Source of the DNA: Pelomyxa schiedti
Taxonomy: Eukaryota; Protista; Evosea
Reading direction: 5' to 3'
Length of the DNA stretch: 64,000 nucleotides
Assembly (NCBI GenBank): GCA_020536535.1
Contig: JAHLWZ010000644.1
Span: 1 to 64,000 of the forward strand
Shown here one piece after another: positions 62,482-64,000 of this stretch; the stretch's first letter is position 1, and each line of letters opens with the position of its first letter. Position numbers and translations under genes: made by a program. The notes beneath the pieces are model-generated. The model searched no databases, had not been told where the DNA came from, and was given only the letters and a program-made list of their open reading frames with translations.

Positions 62482-64000
62482 TCAGTCTTCCATGTCAGAA
62501 TCCTCCTCACTGTCGTTTTTTGACTTTCCCTTGCTCCCTCTTTCCCCTTCCTCTTCATCATCATTGTTCTCGTCATCCGATTCTTCTGCTTCTTCCTCAG
62601 CAACTAGTTGTGCTTCGTCCTCCTCTTCTTCCTCTTCCTCCTCCTCTGCTTGCTCTTCCTCTTCATTGGACTTGGTATCCGCTGATTCTTCAGCCTGTTC
62701 TTCCCCGTTCTCGATAAGTTCAGTCTCTGGTTCACCATCACTGTTTCCCAGCTCATCGAATCCAAAGCGGACTTCCTCGCCTTCAATCACAGGGGGTGGT
62801 GCAACTGCTAATTCTTCTTCATCGAGGTAGACAACGGGCTCTGTTTCGCTAAAATCGGGGTGAACACGGGAAGCCTGTAGGGCGGAATGTGAGGAAGGAG
62901 GTGGGTTTTTGTTTAACGGGAAATGTGAACCTGGCTCAAGGTTATTTGAAGTCTTCCTGAAAGGTTTACTAATTTCTTGTAGGCTGATGTTCGTGCTTGA
63001 AGGGTGAGATAAAGATCAGATAGTGCACTGTTAACATTGGGTATTGCCATAATATGAGTGGCATGCTCAGTGAGGATGGTTTTTACCCAAATCAGAGCGG
63101 TTTGGTTACTTCTAAACCAAAAGCGGTTATAGTGGTAATGAATTTCACAAGCGCACCCATCCAGTTCAGGAACAAGTGCATTCAATAACGGTATCACAGA
63201 ATTCACTGATAGCCGTTGTACGGTTGACTGTATGACAGACTGGGGGACATTAGCAACTCTCAAAAAAAAAAAAGAAAGAAAGAAAACACTTACCAGTTTG
63301 TTGGTTTTCAAACAGTCCTCTAGGAGTGCTTTGTCTTTTGTAATAAGGGCTTGCTCCAAGACAGACTGCAGAGACCCGGCCTTAACACTTGTGGTCTGTG
63401 CTACAGTAGGGTAAAACACTGAATCGTAGGAAGCCATCACAAAGGAGCAACAAATCAACAACTAGAACACACACCACGAAATAAAGGAACCTGATGGTGA
63501 ATCTTTAGTTTTCGTTACTTGGCTGTAAAGAGTATGTAGTTGTCCCTCGTAATCGGTGTCTACGAAATTAAAATTAGCCTAAGAACCAAGTTCAAGATAC
63601 CAAAGCACCTTTATCACTTCCGATAGCAGGAATGGCTGAAGTGGTGTCTGCCGTTGCAACGTCGAAGTCAATGTCTGTAACAGGCGCTTTCGTTGCTCTT
63701 GCCTGCTTGTGTAACAATACAAAACGGAAGAAGAGTGAGGTACCTTCGACATCGTTCTTTTGAGGTCTCGTTCAACAAGTGGGATTGTGCCATGCTGCAA
63801 AAGCGTGCATGTGGCATAATCGAAGACATTCTGAGGATGTAAGAACAACACAAGAAAAGTTGTAAATTGCACACAATGGTTTCAAACCAAGTTTCCACAA
63901 AGTCACTTCTGGCAATTGTAAGTGCCGATCCTGCGTTGGTGAATGATGCCGCAATCACAGGAAGTGATGAAGATGTGAACATCAAGTCAAATGTAATAGA
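62482..64000 (-). CDS. Utp5/WDR43-like small-subunit processome protein (3' part; 5' end outside window)
   Basis: Utp12-type domain GSLQSVLEQALITKDKALLEDCL, IQSTVQRL, WVKTILTEHA, LVNLSGRL, then a long acidic tail. Confidence 0.85.

Overview
Intron-dense eukaryotic genomic DNA (short, mostly 40-80 nt GT-AG introns, about 33 protein genes or gene fragments, one tRNA, three 100-N gaps). Gene content and style suggest an anaerobic amoebozoan, most likely the archamoeba Pelomyxa; this is an inference from protein families and was not checked against a database. Most genes are routine: archease, CTD phosphatase, STE20 kinase, ERGIC3, Rab7, HPRT, Utp5/WDR43 and a PHD-TFIIS-SPOC protein. The standout is 49473-53333 (+). 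A radical-SAM glycyl-radical activating enzyme is fused in frame, inside one exon, to a complete glycyl radical enzyme (about 1,100 aa in total). The enzyme half resembles HypD-type (PFL2-like) enzymes but has changed substrate-binding motifs, so it may be a self-activating GRE with an unknown substrate. Other notable items are an RI-like LRR-SAM-caspase fusion built from duplicated exon-intron units, a GPI-like surface protein with two Cache-type YxxxxRxW motifs, a secreted BPL_N amidotransferase-like protein of possible prokaryotic origin, a tail-anchored synapsin, a hidden WW exon, a 2.6-kb three-gene duplication, and a decayed LINE next to a PIF1 pseudogene. Exon boundaries were inferred by eye from splice signals and protein homology recalled from memory.
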